The notes: generated by a model from the letters alone, not told the origin. Shown: positions 11,847 through 25,072, counted from the first letter of the stretch. The stretch is 64,000 nt of DNA from Gracilinanus agilis (GCF_016433145.1 NC_058134.1:228407011-228471010); one strand, 5' to 3'. A program made the numbers and translations.

Positions 11847-12110
11847 TGTAAGATTTAAATTAATGTCCAACATTAATTTTATAAAGTTTATTAATAATCA
11901 TTTGAAGTAGAAGGAAATAGAAGTAAAAAAAACAAACCTACTTATTTAACAAAATGAAGACCACATGACTAAGTTCTTGCCTGTTTAAAAGCCCCCGACA
12001 GGAAGACAAGAGAGAGAGGCAGGCGGGTTACACCAAATTTATATCCTCCCTACGTCAGGGGAGTGGGCTGCTGGGAATTGTAGTTTTTATGGTAACAGAT
12101 CCTAATTACA
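11847..12110 (-). mobile_element. Probable solo LTR, same sense as MYBPC1
   Basis: On the minus strand: TG...CA termini, TATAAA (12038-12043), TGACGT, AATAAA (11887-11892). The TSD is only partly matched. Confidence 0.6.
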
Positions 12111-12297
12111 CTGTACACAAGCTGGAAAGGATTTAAAGGGTTCTGTTCTAGAGGATGGTGATGGAGAACTAACACTGGCTTTTAATACTATTTTCAATAT
12201 CTCTGAAATTTTATTTTGCCATCTTTGAGAATTTACTTATTAAGTTACTTGATCAATTTAGTAATCTCTGAACATGTACTGATTAATTTATTTACTA

Positions 12298-12702
<405 letters not shown>

Positions 12703-13066
12703 TCACTCAGCAATGAAGTGTCTGAGGTCAAATTTGAACCCAGGACCGCCTGTTTCTAAAACTCTCAATCCACTGAGCCACCTATCTGTGCCCAAGCTGG
12801 GCTCTTCTTAAACTCAGACCATGTAGGGAAAAAAGAAAAAAGAAAAGCTTCTCTTGGGTAGAAGAAGGCAAGAGATGAGATTTGTTCCAGTGGAATGAAA
12901 TAATCCCATTTAGCTTTGCAACTAGCTTTCCCCTTCCTAGGTTTAAATCTGCCCTGATACTTCCCAGCTGTATGGTGGGTGATCTGGTTTGGACTCCCCT
13001 CCATCCCTGATTTACTCTATTGGACCTTGGTCAACACCTACAGTTGTCTACTCTTATTGAGCTAAG

Positions 13067-13407
13067 CAGGGGGTCNNNNNNNNNNNNNNNNNNNNNNNNN
13101 NNNNNNNNNNNNNNNNNNNNNNNNNNNNNNNNNNNNNNNNNNNNNNNNNNNNNNNNNNNNNNNNNNNNNNNNNNNNNNNNNNNNNNNNNNNNNNNNNNNN
13201 NNNNNNNNNNNNNNNNNNNNNNNNNNNNNNNNNNNNNNAGAGAGAAAGCTCTTTTAGTATTCTGAAAACTGTGTTTTCATAAAATTGTTTCCTTTGTACT
13301 CCTGTTTCTGATTTTATGCATTTTAAACTGTATTCTGAGATAGGGTCCCGAGGTTTTGTGAGACCACCAAAAGGGGTCCATAACCCAGGAAAGGTCTAGG
13401 ACCCCTG
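13067..13407. mobile_element. Old hAT/Charlie (Cheshire-like) MITE interrupted by an assembly gap
   Basis: Termini CAGGGGGTC...GACCCCTG; N-run at 13076-13238 inside. Confidence 0.55.
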
Positions 13408-13512
13408 AACTAGGGAATGCTAATAGAGAATCACAGAATCTGGGAGCTGACAGCGACCATAACCCATAAACGGAAGGAATTTCTACTACAATACCCTACC
13501 TTACCCCCAAAT

Positions 13513-13800
13513 TCCTTTGTAATCTGAACCCTACAGCACACCCTTCAAGTAGGCATCCTTCAGCTTGAAGACCTCCGAAGACTCCCCCACCTCCTCCTGG
13601 GGGAATCGGTTCTGCCTTTGAGAGGTTCTGATCATCAGGAGATTTTTTCCTGACATCAAGCTTAAATTGGCCTCATTACAACAATCGCCCAACTGCCCCT
13701 GACTGTCCTCTGGGACCAAAAGAAGCAAGTCTAACACCTTCTCTGTGTGACAACTAGAAAACAACTCTCATGTCCCTTCTGAGTCTTTCTCTTCCAGGAA
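13513..13800 (-). mobile_element. CR1/L3 LINE 3' fragment; similar remnants near 29735-30090, 30180-30440, 45190-45720
   Basis: Degenerate match to the CR1 RT C-terminus and 3' UTR (recalled consensus). Confidence 0.6.
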
Positions 13801-13923
13801 AAATAAACACATGTAGGTCCTTCAAACCTTATTGAACATAGATCCAGGGCCCTTCACTATCCAAGTTGAACCCATCTCTGATTTTTCTTCAAAGCATCAG
13901 TGTCCTTAAAAAACAAACAAACA

Positions 13924-14322
13924 GGGGGCAGGTAGGTGGCTCAGTGGATGGAGAGCTAGGCCTAGAGATGGGAGGTCCTGGGTTCAAATTTGACGTCAGA
14001 CACTTCCTAGTTGGATGACCCTGGGCAAGTCGCTTAACCCCCATTGCCTAGCCCTCATGGCTCTTCTGCCTTGGAACCAATACACAGCAATGATTCTAAG
14101 GCAGAAGAGAAGCGTTTAGAAAAACAATTCCCCCCCTTACTTTCCACCTTAGAATCAATACTGTGTATTGGTTCCAAGGCAGAAGAGCCATGAGGGCTAG
14201 GCATTGGAGGTTAAGTGACTTGTCCAGGGTCACACAGTGAGGAAGTAAATGAGGCCAGAATTGAACCCAGGTCGTCCCATATCCAGGTCTGGCTTTCTAT
14301 CCACTGAGTCATTTAGGTGCCC
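13924..14322. mobile_element. Tail-to-tail inverted pair of SINE1-type SINEs
   Basis: Plus copy at about 13924-14125 and minus copy at about 14133-14322. Confidence 0.9.
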
Positions 14323-15186
14323 TGAGCCTCTTCTCAGAATTACAGTTTCAAATGCATACCATACAATACAAAGGAACTCAAAGGAAGCCCATTATGTTGA
14401 AATAGTTATTAACAATGTTTTTCAGGAAAAAATACAAGTTCTCAAAACTGCAGATGAAAAACTGGCCTAGACTGTGCAATGTGGAGCAGGTGCAAATGGT
14501 ATCAATCCCAGTCAAGGTTCTTGTAGTTATGCCACTGCTAAGGAGGCAAGGCTGGCGAAAATGCTTCAGGCTATAGTTTGGGAAACCTTTTGCCAGATCT
14601 GTATTCAAGTACCCTGAGGATCAGCATTTAGAATCAGCCTTGGATATGGCCTTCCACTATTTTTGAACTTGTGATTTCTGGCACAGTCCCCAGGTCTTAG
14701 GAAGTCTTAGATGCTCAGACACATAACTCATAGGCTCCCTGGAGACCCATGTTCAGATGAAAGATAATCCTCTAAACAGCAAATCTGATGAAATTATGTC
14801 ATATCTTTCCAGAAAAATGAAAGAAGATGAGATGTAAAAATAGTCTAACTGGAGGAGTCTGAAATTCTCAAATTCTGCTTCTTCCTTTGGTCTTGCATTC
14901 TAGATTGAGAGATAAAAGGGTCCTCAGAGGTCATCTATTCCAACCACTCGATTTTACAGATAAGGACACCGAAGTAACCGAACCCAAGATAGCCAGGTGT
15001 AAGTATTAGAGCTGTGACTCAAATCCCTTAGGCGTCTGCCTCCGAATTCAGCTCTTTCCATAGCACATTCACACGGCCCTTCCCAATTTTTTCCCTGTCT
15101 CCTATTACTTCTATGCCTTCACTGAGTAAATCCATGCTGAGAAGTATGAGTGCCTAAAGCCTTCCTATCAGTAATAGTTAGGGATG

Positions 15187-15601
15187 ATTTCCTTCCTTCC
15201 ATTCATCCTTCCTCCCTTCCTTCCTCCCTCCCTTCCTTCCTTCCTTCCTTCCATTCATCCTTCCTCCCTTCCTTCCTCCCTCCCTTCCTTCCTTCCTTNN
15301 NNNNNNNNNNNNNNNNNNNNNNNNNNNNNNNNNNNNNNNNNNNNNNNNNNNNNNNNNNNNNNNNNNNNNNNNNNNNNNNNNNNNNNNNNNNNNNNNNNNN
15401 NNNNNNNNNNNNNNNNNNNNNNNNNNNNNNNNNNNNNNNNNNNNNNNNNNNNNNNNNNNNNNNNNNNNNNNNNNNNNNNNNNNNNNNNNNNNNNNNNNNN
15501 NNNNNNNNNNNNNNNNNNNNNNNNNNNNNNNNNNNNNNNNNNNNNNNNNNNNNNNNNNNNNNNNNNNNNNNNNNNNNNNNNCTTCCTCCCTCCCTCCCTT
15601 C

Positions 15602-15666
<65 letters not shown>

Positions 15667-15685
15667 TCTCTCCTTCCTTTCTTTT
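15187..15685. repeat. (CCTT)n/(CT)n microsatellite with a gap at 15299-15581
   Basis: Seen directly in the sequence. Confidence 0.95.
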
Positions 15686-16419
15686 CTATACTACTTAGTT
15701 TCCCAATCAGGGGTGTTTTTCAACCACAGTAGATCCATACTCCACACACCAGGGGCTGTTTGGGGAAAATAAAAACACTCAGGCTGCTTTATGCTACTCC
15801 CTGTGATTTTGTTCCTTCGCCAATGTTTATCATAACCATTACACTATTTAGTAGATGGTTTTTCTGAATTGTTTTGGTCAAAATAAATTCCTCACTCTGT
15901 AGTCAGTCTGCTAAGGAGCCCCTCCACAAATAGCTAGGCTTATCCACAAGCATAAATAATAAATAATAATAAACCCCCCTAAAATAACAGGATCATAGAG
16001 GCAGTTGTGTAGCTCAATCGATAGAGCCAGGCCTGGAGTTGGGAAGATCTGGGCTCAAATCTGGCCTGAGATACTTCTAGCTGTGTAACCCTGGGCAAGT
16101 CACTTAAGTCCAATTGCATAGTCCTTAATGCTTTTCTACCTTAGTGTCAATTCTAAAACAGAAGGAAAGGGTTTTAAAAAAACATAATAATAAGGCAATA
16201 GGATTAGAATTTTAGAACTAGAAGAGATCTCAGGACTATCTGGTCTAATTCTCTCATTTTACAGATATGGAAACTGAGGCACAGTCATGCTTAATAAAGG
16301 CTTATTGACTGAGTGAAATATATATATATGTATATGTATATAAACACATATAATGAGTATTTTGCCAGTGAAATAAAATATTACAAATTTGAAATCAAGC
16401 CTTTTCCCCGCTGTATTCA

Positions 16420-16650
<231 letters not shown>

Positions 16651-17029
16651 CTAAACCACCTTCTTCCCACTAGATGCTCGTAAGGGTTTTTCGAGAGAAT
16701 GTGCTTTCTCTTACAACATAGCCATGACAGACCTCAAAACAGGCGACAACCTCAAAGTTCTTCATTTGAAAAAAATTTCTTCACCCAGAAATGCGCAGTA
16801 TTAGGATAGTGAAGAAGGTACGACAGTTGCTTGTTGAGGCTGCAGTAGCTCTGAGGCTATAGATTTAGAAATGGCAATAAGCTACTATGGTCTGTACTGA
16901 TACAATGTACTCCGGTAAAGGAAAATCTTGAGAGAATCCATATAACTTGCTCGGAAAGAGAAGTTTCCCTCTAGAACAGTCCTACTGAGAACAGATGAAA
17001 ATCATTTAGCAGTTGATCAAGTCTCATGT

Positions 17030-17620
17030 TACTGTTGTTCAGTCATTTCAGTCATGTCTGCTTTTATGACCCCGTTTGGGATTTTCTTTCTCTCCCTTTT
17101 TTTTTTTTTTAAAAACCCTCACCTTCCGTCTTCGAGTCAATATTGTGTATTGGCTCCAAGGCAGAAGAGTGGTAAGGGTAGGCAATGGGGGTCAAGTGAC
17201 TTGCCCAGGGTCACACAGGTAGGAAGTGTCTGAGGTCAAATTTGAACCCAGGACCTCCTCCTGTCTCTGGGCCTGACTTTCAATCCACTGAGCTATCCAG
17301 CTGCCCCCTATCGTTTGGGATTTTCTTGGCAAAGACACTGATGTGTTTGCCATTTCCTTCTCTGGCTCATTTGACAGACTGAAGAAACAGAGGCAAATAG
17401 GGTTACATTTCAGTTGTGTCTGACTCTTAGTGACCCTATTTAAGGTTTTCTTGGCAAGGATATTGGAGTAGTTTGCCATTTCCTTCTCCAGCTCATTTTA
17501 CAGATAAGAGTTAAATGACTTGCCCAGGGTCAAAAAGTTAGTAAGTGTCTGAGGCCAGATTTGAACCCAGGTTTTCCTGACTCCAAACCTGCTCTAACCA
17601 CTGAGCCATCTAACTGCCCT
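17030..17620 (+). mobile_element. MAR1 SINE(s) with a nested SINE1 copy (about 17089-17311, minus strand)
   Basis: MAR1 head gttgttcagtcatttcagtcatgtc; 16-bp TSD CGTTTGGGATTTTCTT at 17073-17088 and 17312-17327. Confidence 0.85.
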
Positions 17621-17720
17621 TTAACAAAATCTCATTTCTATATCTGTTGTAATCATTAGAAAAATGACAGATTTATATTGCCTTGACAAAAATATCCTGG
17701 TCTTCTTTCTTTAAACCTAC

Positions 17721-17916
17721 CAACTATCTGAATATCTATTGAGGCACTGTCCACATATTTGTCCACTTTCACTTCCAGATCGTATTTCCCCGAGTGACTC
17801 CTCTCTGCTTTTCTGATAAATATGATTGTGTCCGTTTCGGAATTGCGGATATTTATTTGGTTCTTATCTATATCAGCACCATCCTTCTTCCAAGTTAACT
17901 CTGGCCTTGGCTTTCC
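17721..17916 (-). CDS. MYBPC1: MYBPC1 exon, Ig C8 second part: [65 protein letters not shown](D)
   Basis: ctttctag|GGAAAGC...ATAGTTG|gtaggt; 196 nt; not in the supplied ORF track. Confidence 0.96.
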
Positions 17917-18682
17917 CTAGAAAGAAAGCAGGGGAATAAGTTAAGGTGAAGCAATGAAGCCATTAAGGTGGTTGTATTCCTTAAGAATACACAAAGGGGG
18001 TCACACTGCTAGTAGGGGTCAATGACAGGATTTGAATCCAGATCCTTCTGACTCTGTGTATTTTGGGGCAGCAACAGTCAAAACAGTCAAATAAATTTAA
18101 GTCAATGCAGAAAGGCTTAGCCAGGTAGTTGACTATACAAAGCAGAAGCCTTAGTGAGTCTCAATTATCCTTTCACAATGACATAGTCATAGGCAAGTTT
18201 TGGGGTTGGCACTAAGTGGAAATTGATTTTAATTTCATGAGCTGATAGAATTTAGTGGGTCACAGTGATTTCTGAAAATATCTTTTGATATGTGTATGTG
18301 CATTTTTAGAATGATATTTTATTTTCCCCTTATTACATGTAAAAACAACTTTTATGTGAATATTCGTATGACTCATAGAAGTGTTTAAAATTCCTGATTA
18401 TTCTTTAAAAAAAAAAAAAGAACAATTCTTACCTTCAGTCTTAGAACCCATACTGTGTATTGTTTCTAAGGCCGAAGAGTGAGAAGGGCTAGGCAATGGG
18501 GGTTAAGTGACTTGCCCAGGGTCACACAGCTGGGAAGTGTCTGAGGCCGGATTTGAACCCAGGACCTCTGGTCTCTAGGCCTGGCTCTCAATCTGCTGAG
18601 CTACCCAGCTGCCCCACATTGATTATTTTTTTAATGTATTGATTTTCACCTAAAATCAGGAAGCCCTTTCAATGGCATAGAG

Positions 18683-18965
18683 CACTGATGACGAACCTAT
18701 GGCACGGGTACTAAAGATGGCACACAGAGAGCTCTCTGGGGGTACATGCTCCCCCCCAAGAGATTATTACTAGAAAGGCAGAGAGACTCAGATAGAGCTG
18801 CTTCCCTCCCCCTCTCTCCACTGTGCCTGAGACATTTTTTCACATCTGCCCAGCAACCCAATGGGAGAGCTTCCTCAGTCCGGGGGAAGGGGGAGGGGTG
18901 ACACAGAACTGGGTCTGGGCGGGGGCAGGCCTGGCACTCTGTCTCCAAAAGGTTTGCCATCACTG
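18683..18965. mobile_element. Non-autonomous hAT element with CAGTGATGGCGAACCT-type TIRs (hAT1/OC1-like)
   Basis: TIRs CACTGATGACGAACCT...AGGTTTGCCATCACTG; 8-bp TSD GCATAGAG/GCAAAGAG. Confidence 0.85.
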
Positions 18966-19323
18966 GCAAAGAGCATTGTTTTCTGGATGCTAAATTTTGT
19001 TTAAAATGAGGGCTAGATTTCCCAAATCACAGACTGGGAAGAACCTTAGAAAGGTTTGCTTCCTTTTCCCAGGCCCACCCTCCTTACCCTTTTCCCTCCA
19101 TCCAACTTTAAAGTCAGAACAGATCCAGTTGGACTGAGACAGAAAGGCAGTTTTCCTCGATTCCATTGGCTTTGTCAAAGCCCATTTTAGTGTTTCATTG
19201 CCTTCCGCTTCAGAAAGGGCTTCGTTATGGCTAGCCTAAACTCACTGTCACCCCATTCCCATTGTATAACGTGTTGGACCAGATGCAATTCCAATAGAGA
19301 ATAAACTTCCATGAAATTGTTAC

Positions 19324-19412
19324 CTGGAAGGGAATCACAAGATTGACAGCCTCTCCAACTCTTCGAAGATAGGTTTGCTTCAGATGTCGTGGGATGCGAA
19401 TCTTTGGCGGTT
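19324..19412 (-). CDS. MYBPC1: MYBPC1 exon, Ig C8 first part: [29 protein letters not shown]
   Basis: ttccattag|AACCGCC...TTCCAG|gtaaca; 89 nt. Confidence 0.96.
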
Positions 19413-20079
19413 CTAATGGAAGAAATAACATTTTTGAACTGTCAGATTTCCCCCCTAATACGTGGGAAATACGCATATGTAATAGAAAGAAACAGCCAAC
19501 TTCATGGGCCACAAATGGAGATATTTTCCAATGACCAGGTATACGCCATTAACAGCTTGTTTAGGCAAAGCATTTTCTCTAGATAGAAACACTCTGGGAC
19601 CAACAAAAATAAATCTTTTTTTCAACGCATGACAGTCCTTCAAATACTTGAAAGCAGCTATCTTTCCCCTCTAAATATTTTCTTTCCCCAACATCCCAAG
19701 TTTCTTTAAGTGATCCTTGTATAGACTGCATGGTCTCGACTTCCATGATTATCCTTCTCATCTTTGTTTTTTTTTTTTTTTTAATCCCTTACCTTCTGTT
19801 CTCATAGCAATTCTAAGACAGAGAAGTAGGTGATTAGAGTTAAGTAACTTATCCAGGGTCACAAAAGTAGGAAGTGTCTGAGGGCAGATTTGAACCCAAG
19901 TCCTCCTGATTCCAGGCCATCAAGCTACCCCACCATCCTACTCTTCTTCCCTGGACATTCTCTAGCCTGCCAATGTCCTTCCTAAGAGAGAGTACCCGGA
20001 ACTGGACAAGATGCTCCAGATGGAATCTGAACAAGGAGAATTCAGTAGGACTATCTATCACCTGCCTCACTGGACCTGT

Positions 20080-21815
20080 GGTTAAAATTTGATGAGTATA
20101 ATAAAAATGATAATCCTACCTAAATTAATTTACTTATTCAGTGCTATATCTATCAAACTACCAAAACATTTTTTTTAGAATTAGAAAAAAAATTATTTCA
20201 GCATTCATTTGGAAAAACAAAAGATCAAGAATATCAAGGGAAATAATGAAAAAAACGTGAAGGATGGAGGCCTAGCGTTACCAGATCTCAAACTGCACTA
20301 TAAAGCAGTGGTCATCAAAACAATATGGTACTGGTTAAGAGACAGAAGGGTGTATCAATGGAATAGACTTGCTGTAAATGACCTCAGCAAGATAGTGTAC
20401 AATAAACCCAATGATCCCAGCTTTTGGGACAAGAACTCGGTATCTGATAAAAACTGCTGGGAACATTTGAAAACAGTATGGGAGAGATTAGGTCTAGATC
20501 AACATCTTACACCCTACACCAAGATTAATTCAGAATGGGTAAATGACTTAAATATAAAGAGGGAAAACATAAATTAGATGAACATAGAATAGTATACCTG
20601 TCAGATCTACGGGAAAGGAAGGAATTTAGGACCAAGCAGGAGATAGAGACCACTACAAAATGTAAAATGAATAATTTTGATCATATTAAAAAGTTTCTGT
20701 ACAAACAAAACCAATGCAACCAAAATCAGAAGGGAAGCAACAGTTGGGAAAAAATTTTTGTAACAAAAACCTCTGACAAAGACCTAATTTCTCAAATTTA
20801 CAAGGAGCTAAGTCGATTGTACAAAAAAATCAAGCCATTCCCCAACTTACAAATGGTCAGGGGACACAAACAGGCAGCTTTCAGATAAAGAAATTAGAAC
20901 TATCAATAAGCACATGAAAAAGTGTACTAAATCTTTCATAATTAGAGAAATGCAAGTCAAAACAATGCTGAGGTACCACCTCACACTCAGCAGATTGGCT
21001 AATATGCCAGTAAAGGAAAATAAATGTTGGAGGGGTTGTGGCAAAATCGGGACACTAATGCATTGTTGGTGGAATTGTGAATTAATCCAGCCATTCTAGA
21101 AGGCAATTTGGAATTATGTGCAAATGGCTTTAAAAGAATGCCTGCCCTTTGATCCAGCAATATCACTACTAGGTTTGTGCCCCAAAGAGATAATAAAGAA
21201 AAATACTTGTATGAAAATATTCATAGCCACATTCTATGTGGTGGCAAAAAACTGGAAAATGAAGGATAGTCCCTCGATTGGTATCAATGAACAGATTGTG
21301 GTATCTGATGGTGATGGAATACTACTACTGTGCTGTAAGGATTGATGATCTGGAGGATTTCTATATGAACTGGGAAAACCTCAATGAACTGATGCAGAGT
21401 GAAAAGAGCAGAACCAGGAGAACATTGTACATAAAAAGTAAAATACTGTGGAACAATCCAATGTGATGGACTTTGCTATTAGTAGCAATGCAACAAGCCA
21501 GGACACTCCTAAAGAACTTATGGGAAAGAATGCTAACCACATTGATAGAATTGTGGGAGCAGAAATGCAAAACAAGAACAAATGATAGATATCACTTATT
21601 ACATGTATATATGGGGATGTGATTTGGGGTGTAGGCTTTAAAAGCCTGCTCTATAGCAAAAATGAATGATATGGAAATAGATATCAAGTGACGACATTTA
21701 TACAACCCAGTGGAATTGCTTATTGGCTCTGGGAGTGGGGAGAGAAAAGGGGAGGGAGAGAAAATGAATCATGGAAACATGGAAAAATATTTAAAAATAT
21801 AAATAAATGAATTTT
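20080..21815 (+). mobile_element. 5'-truncated, degenerate L1: ORF2 C-terminal part plus 3' UTR, antisense to MYBPC1
   Basis: Fragments GGLALPDLKLHYKAVVIKTIWYW, DQHLTPYTKINSEW, MRYHLT-like and CWRGCGKIGTLMHCWW are typical L1 ORF2; frameshifts and stops present; A-rich end. Confidence 0.93.
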
Positions 21816-21949
21816 AAAATTTTATGAGGAAAGTCTTTCCAATGCTGCAGAATACAACCTACCCTCTACCTCTGGTCTCATCTGATTTTTGTCCATATAT
21901 TTTTGTTGATCTGCTGGAGAAGCACTTCCAAACATGCCAGGTCTTTTAT

Positions 21950-21963
21950 ATACATGCACACAT

Positions 21964-21994
<31 letters not shown>

Positions 21995-22120
21995 CATACA
22001 TACAAATATGTGTGCTATATGTGTATGTATATTTATATTTTAAATGTTGAAAATAAGTTCTCTATATATACAAATATATAGTATGTGGATATATGTGTAT
22101 GTATAAATTATATATGTAAT
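21950..22120. repeat. (CATA)n/(TA)n simple repeat
   Basis: Seen directly in the sequence. Confidence 0.85.
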
Positions 22121-22454
22121 TTTACTTTCAACACTTAAAAAAACTGGAGGGTTCCAAATTCTCTCACTCCCTCTTACCCTGTCTCTACCCACTGACCAGG
22201 CAAACAATTTGATATGAATTACACATGTGAAAGCCCTGTTAGGTTTTTAACACTCCACGTGCCAGCTCTTATAGCTCACTCTACTCAAGCATTAGCTTTT
22301 TTTCTGGCTACTCTGTCCTATGAAACTCACGTGAATCTTGTGATTCACTAATAACCTCAGATCTTTTTCACTTAGACCTGGTACTCTTTCAGCTTGAACA
22401 GAGATGGTTCTTTGATTTCTTACTCCTGGGAATTACTGGTAAATATGTAATTTA

Positions 22455-22784
<330 letters not shown>

Positions 22785-22896
22785 TCATATTTAGTCTGAA
22801 TCTCAGATAGTAGAAACTCAAAATTGCATTTTATTATTAATACTAGAATTAGGGCATGAGACTTTGGGTCCAGACTCATAGAAAATAGTGAGATAT

Positions 22897-23105
22897 GGGG
22901 GCAGCTGGGTAGCTCAGTGGATTGAGAGCCAGGCCTAGAGACGGGAGGTCCTAGGTTCAAACCCGGCCTCAGACACTTCCCAGCTGTGTGACCCTGGGCA
23001 AGTCACTTGACCCCCATTGCCTACCCTTACCACCCTTCTGCCTTGGAGCCAATACACAATATTGACTCCAAGACGGAAGGTAAGGGTTTAAAAAAAAAAA
23101 AAAAA
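22897..23105 (+). mobile_element. Full-length young SINE1_Mdo-type SINE with perfect 16-bp TSD
   Basis: TSD GAAAATAGTGAGATAT at 22881-22896 and 23106-23121; poly-A tail; CpGs retained. Confidence 0.95.
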
Positions 23106-24478
23106 GAAAATAGTGAGATATTTAAAACATTTAAATGGAAAATGTTTAATTTTGTGGCTTCACGTGAATAGTTTTGGGAAGGGAATTCTGTGATTTCTGA
23201 AGAGCCTCTAATTTTCTCCCTATAGAATACTAGTGTGCATTCTACCAACCCAGCTATTCTTTAAGAGCAGAAAGTAATCTCTCGAGGATGGGGCCCGTTT
23301 TGTTTTCTGTCGTTGTATTACCAGCATGATTATGGTAAGCCCTCCCCCCCCCCCCNTGTTGATCTGAGTACCCCCTCTACCAGTGACCCCTCTGGGACTT
23401 GGCAGATGATTACTGAGGATTAATATGGCTAAAACAATGAGTCCATTTGGCCAACTTGCCGTTGGGTTTAGACTGGCTCTTGGGAGACAGAGACAGACAG
23501 AGTCTAGAACCAGGTCTGTACTTAATGTTTTTCTAGCTCAGCAGGTCCTGCCAGAATTAGTGCTTTGCTGGCACAGCAACTGAGGACCTTAGAGTCACGT
23601 CTACCACAAGAGGACACATAAGAAGAGGATATTATGTAGTATTTTCCAGCAGTTTTCTTGGTGTATTTTGATAATAATTGATATAATTATTTCCAGTTAG
23701 CCATCTGTACTCATAAAAATTCAGAAAGCAATAAAATGTGTTGATATGGATGGCAAAGACATCGGCATAATTTATAGTCATAAAGAGTTATGTAAATTCT
23801 GCATTTTCTCTCTGCAAATCTATTGCTGAGACTCGAATATTAGGGCAGGAAATCGGACTGCAGAAATAACAGTGAAGATAAAATTTGTTCTAGAGGCCAG
23901 ATACTGGGTTGGGAGTTGGTATAAGTCAGAGCATCACAGCTTTAAGCTGGATAGAACCTCAGAGATGACCAAATCCAAGCTCCTCATTTCCCCTGAGATA
24001 CCTGAAGCCTAAGAGAGATTAAGGAACTTGCCTAAGGTCCCGTAGGTAGTCAGCTGAAGAGACAGAATTTGAATTCACACCCCATTGTCTTCAAGCCAAT
24101 GTTTTTTGTTTCCTTTCTGCTAAAAGCGGGAACACTGAGGTTTTGGTAGCTTCATCCCTGCTCATCCCTAACCCCTCGTATCAATGAAGCTGTTGGCCCA
24201 TCCTCAGCCACAAGATGTGGGCTAGGGAAATAACAGTTGCAAGTGGATGAACTGTTTCTAGTTTCTACACTGTTCTTGGCTATTATATCTCCATTCTCTG
24301 TGTAAGGAATCGGGCTGGCAGATGGAGGACCCTAAGCTCTTCCTCTGATTTCCGCAGGCTCCTTTGTGTGGGGATGACAAAGAGAGGGTCACTTTATTTC
24401 ACTGTTAGCCGTGAGACTTTCCCAGCCATCTACACCATAGACTAAAAAGAAGCTTGATACTTTGATGGAATACTGTAC

Positions 24479-24532
24479 CTGAGAGATCAAGGGCAGCCTC
24501 CCCCTTTTCATCAGACTCTTTTGCCGATGTAC
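24479..24532 (-). CDS. MYBPC1: MYBPC1 54-nt symmetric exon, C7 loop insert, likely cassette: (S)TSAKESDEKGEAALDLS(A)
   Basis: cttacaag|GTACATC...CTCTCAG|gtacag; phase 1 to 1. Resembles the human C7 insert STSAKQSDENGEAAYDLP (recalled). Confidence 0.9.
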
Positions 24533-25022
24533 CTTGTAAGAGGTCATCATTAAAATTAATCCAAGACACCCACTTTCACACAAAGAGGAGTATTGTATCA
24601 GTAGTTAGCATTCTCTGTTAGTAAGTGATGCAAAGTGTGCAAAGATCTCCATCTTCAGGGGAGTGATCGGGAGAGAGACACCAACAAGTTTCTAGGCAGA
24701 GTTCTCGTGAGGTCAAGTTTCCTATCCAGTGGGTGGCCACTTGGGAGAGACACTCTCCCACCCACAGTCTCGCTGAGCCCGAGGCCCCAGCCACAGTGAA
24801 GAAGGGCAAGAGAGAAAGAAGAGTGAAGGGGAGAGAGTGGGGGGCTGAGGCACCTCCAGCTGTAGAGAGTAAGAGACAGGCAGAGCACCAGCAGGCTGAA
24901 AGGGAATGGTTGGGGGGGTGGGATCTAGGTCAGAGGGGAATGAAACTACTCAGCCTCCCCAGACATTCTTTGGAGTGTCATGTTCATCCCTATCCTTTGA
25001 TCTTGTCTTTTCCTTCTACACT

Positions 25023-25072
<50 letters not shown>
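25023..25072. repeat. (TAA)n microsatellite
   Basis: Seen directly in the sequence. Confidence 0.95.

Noticed and set aside
15150-15732. Two 182-aa ORFs
   Set aside because: Translations of (CCTT)n/(CT)n repeats and an N-gap
20209-21466. L1 ORF2 fragments as functional or domesticated genes
   Set aside because: Broken across frames by stops and frameshifts; ordinary dead L1
22237-22400. Short TG...CA segment as an LTR
   Set aside because: No TSD, TATA or poly(A) signal that I could confirm
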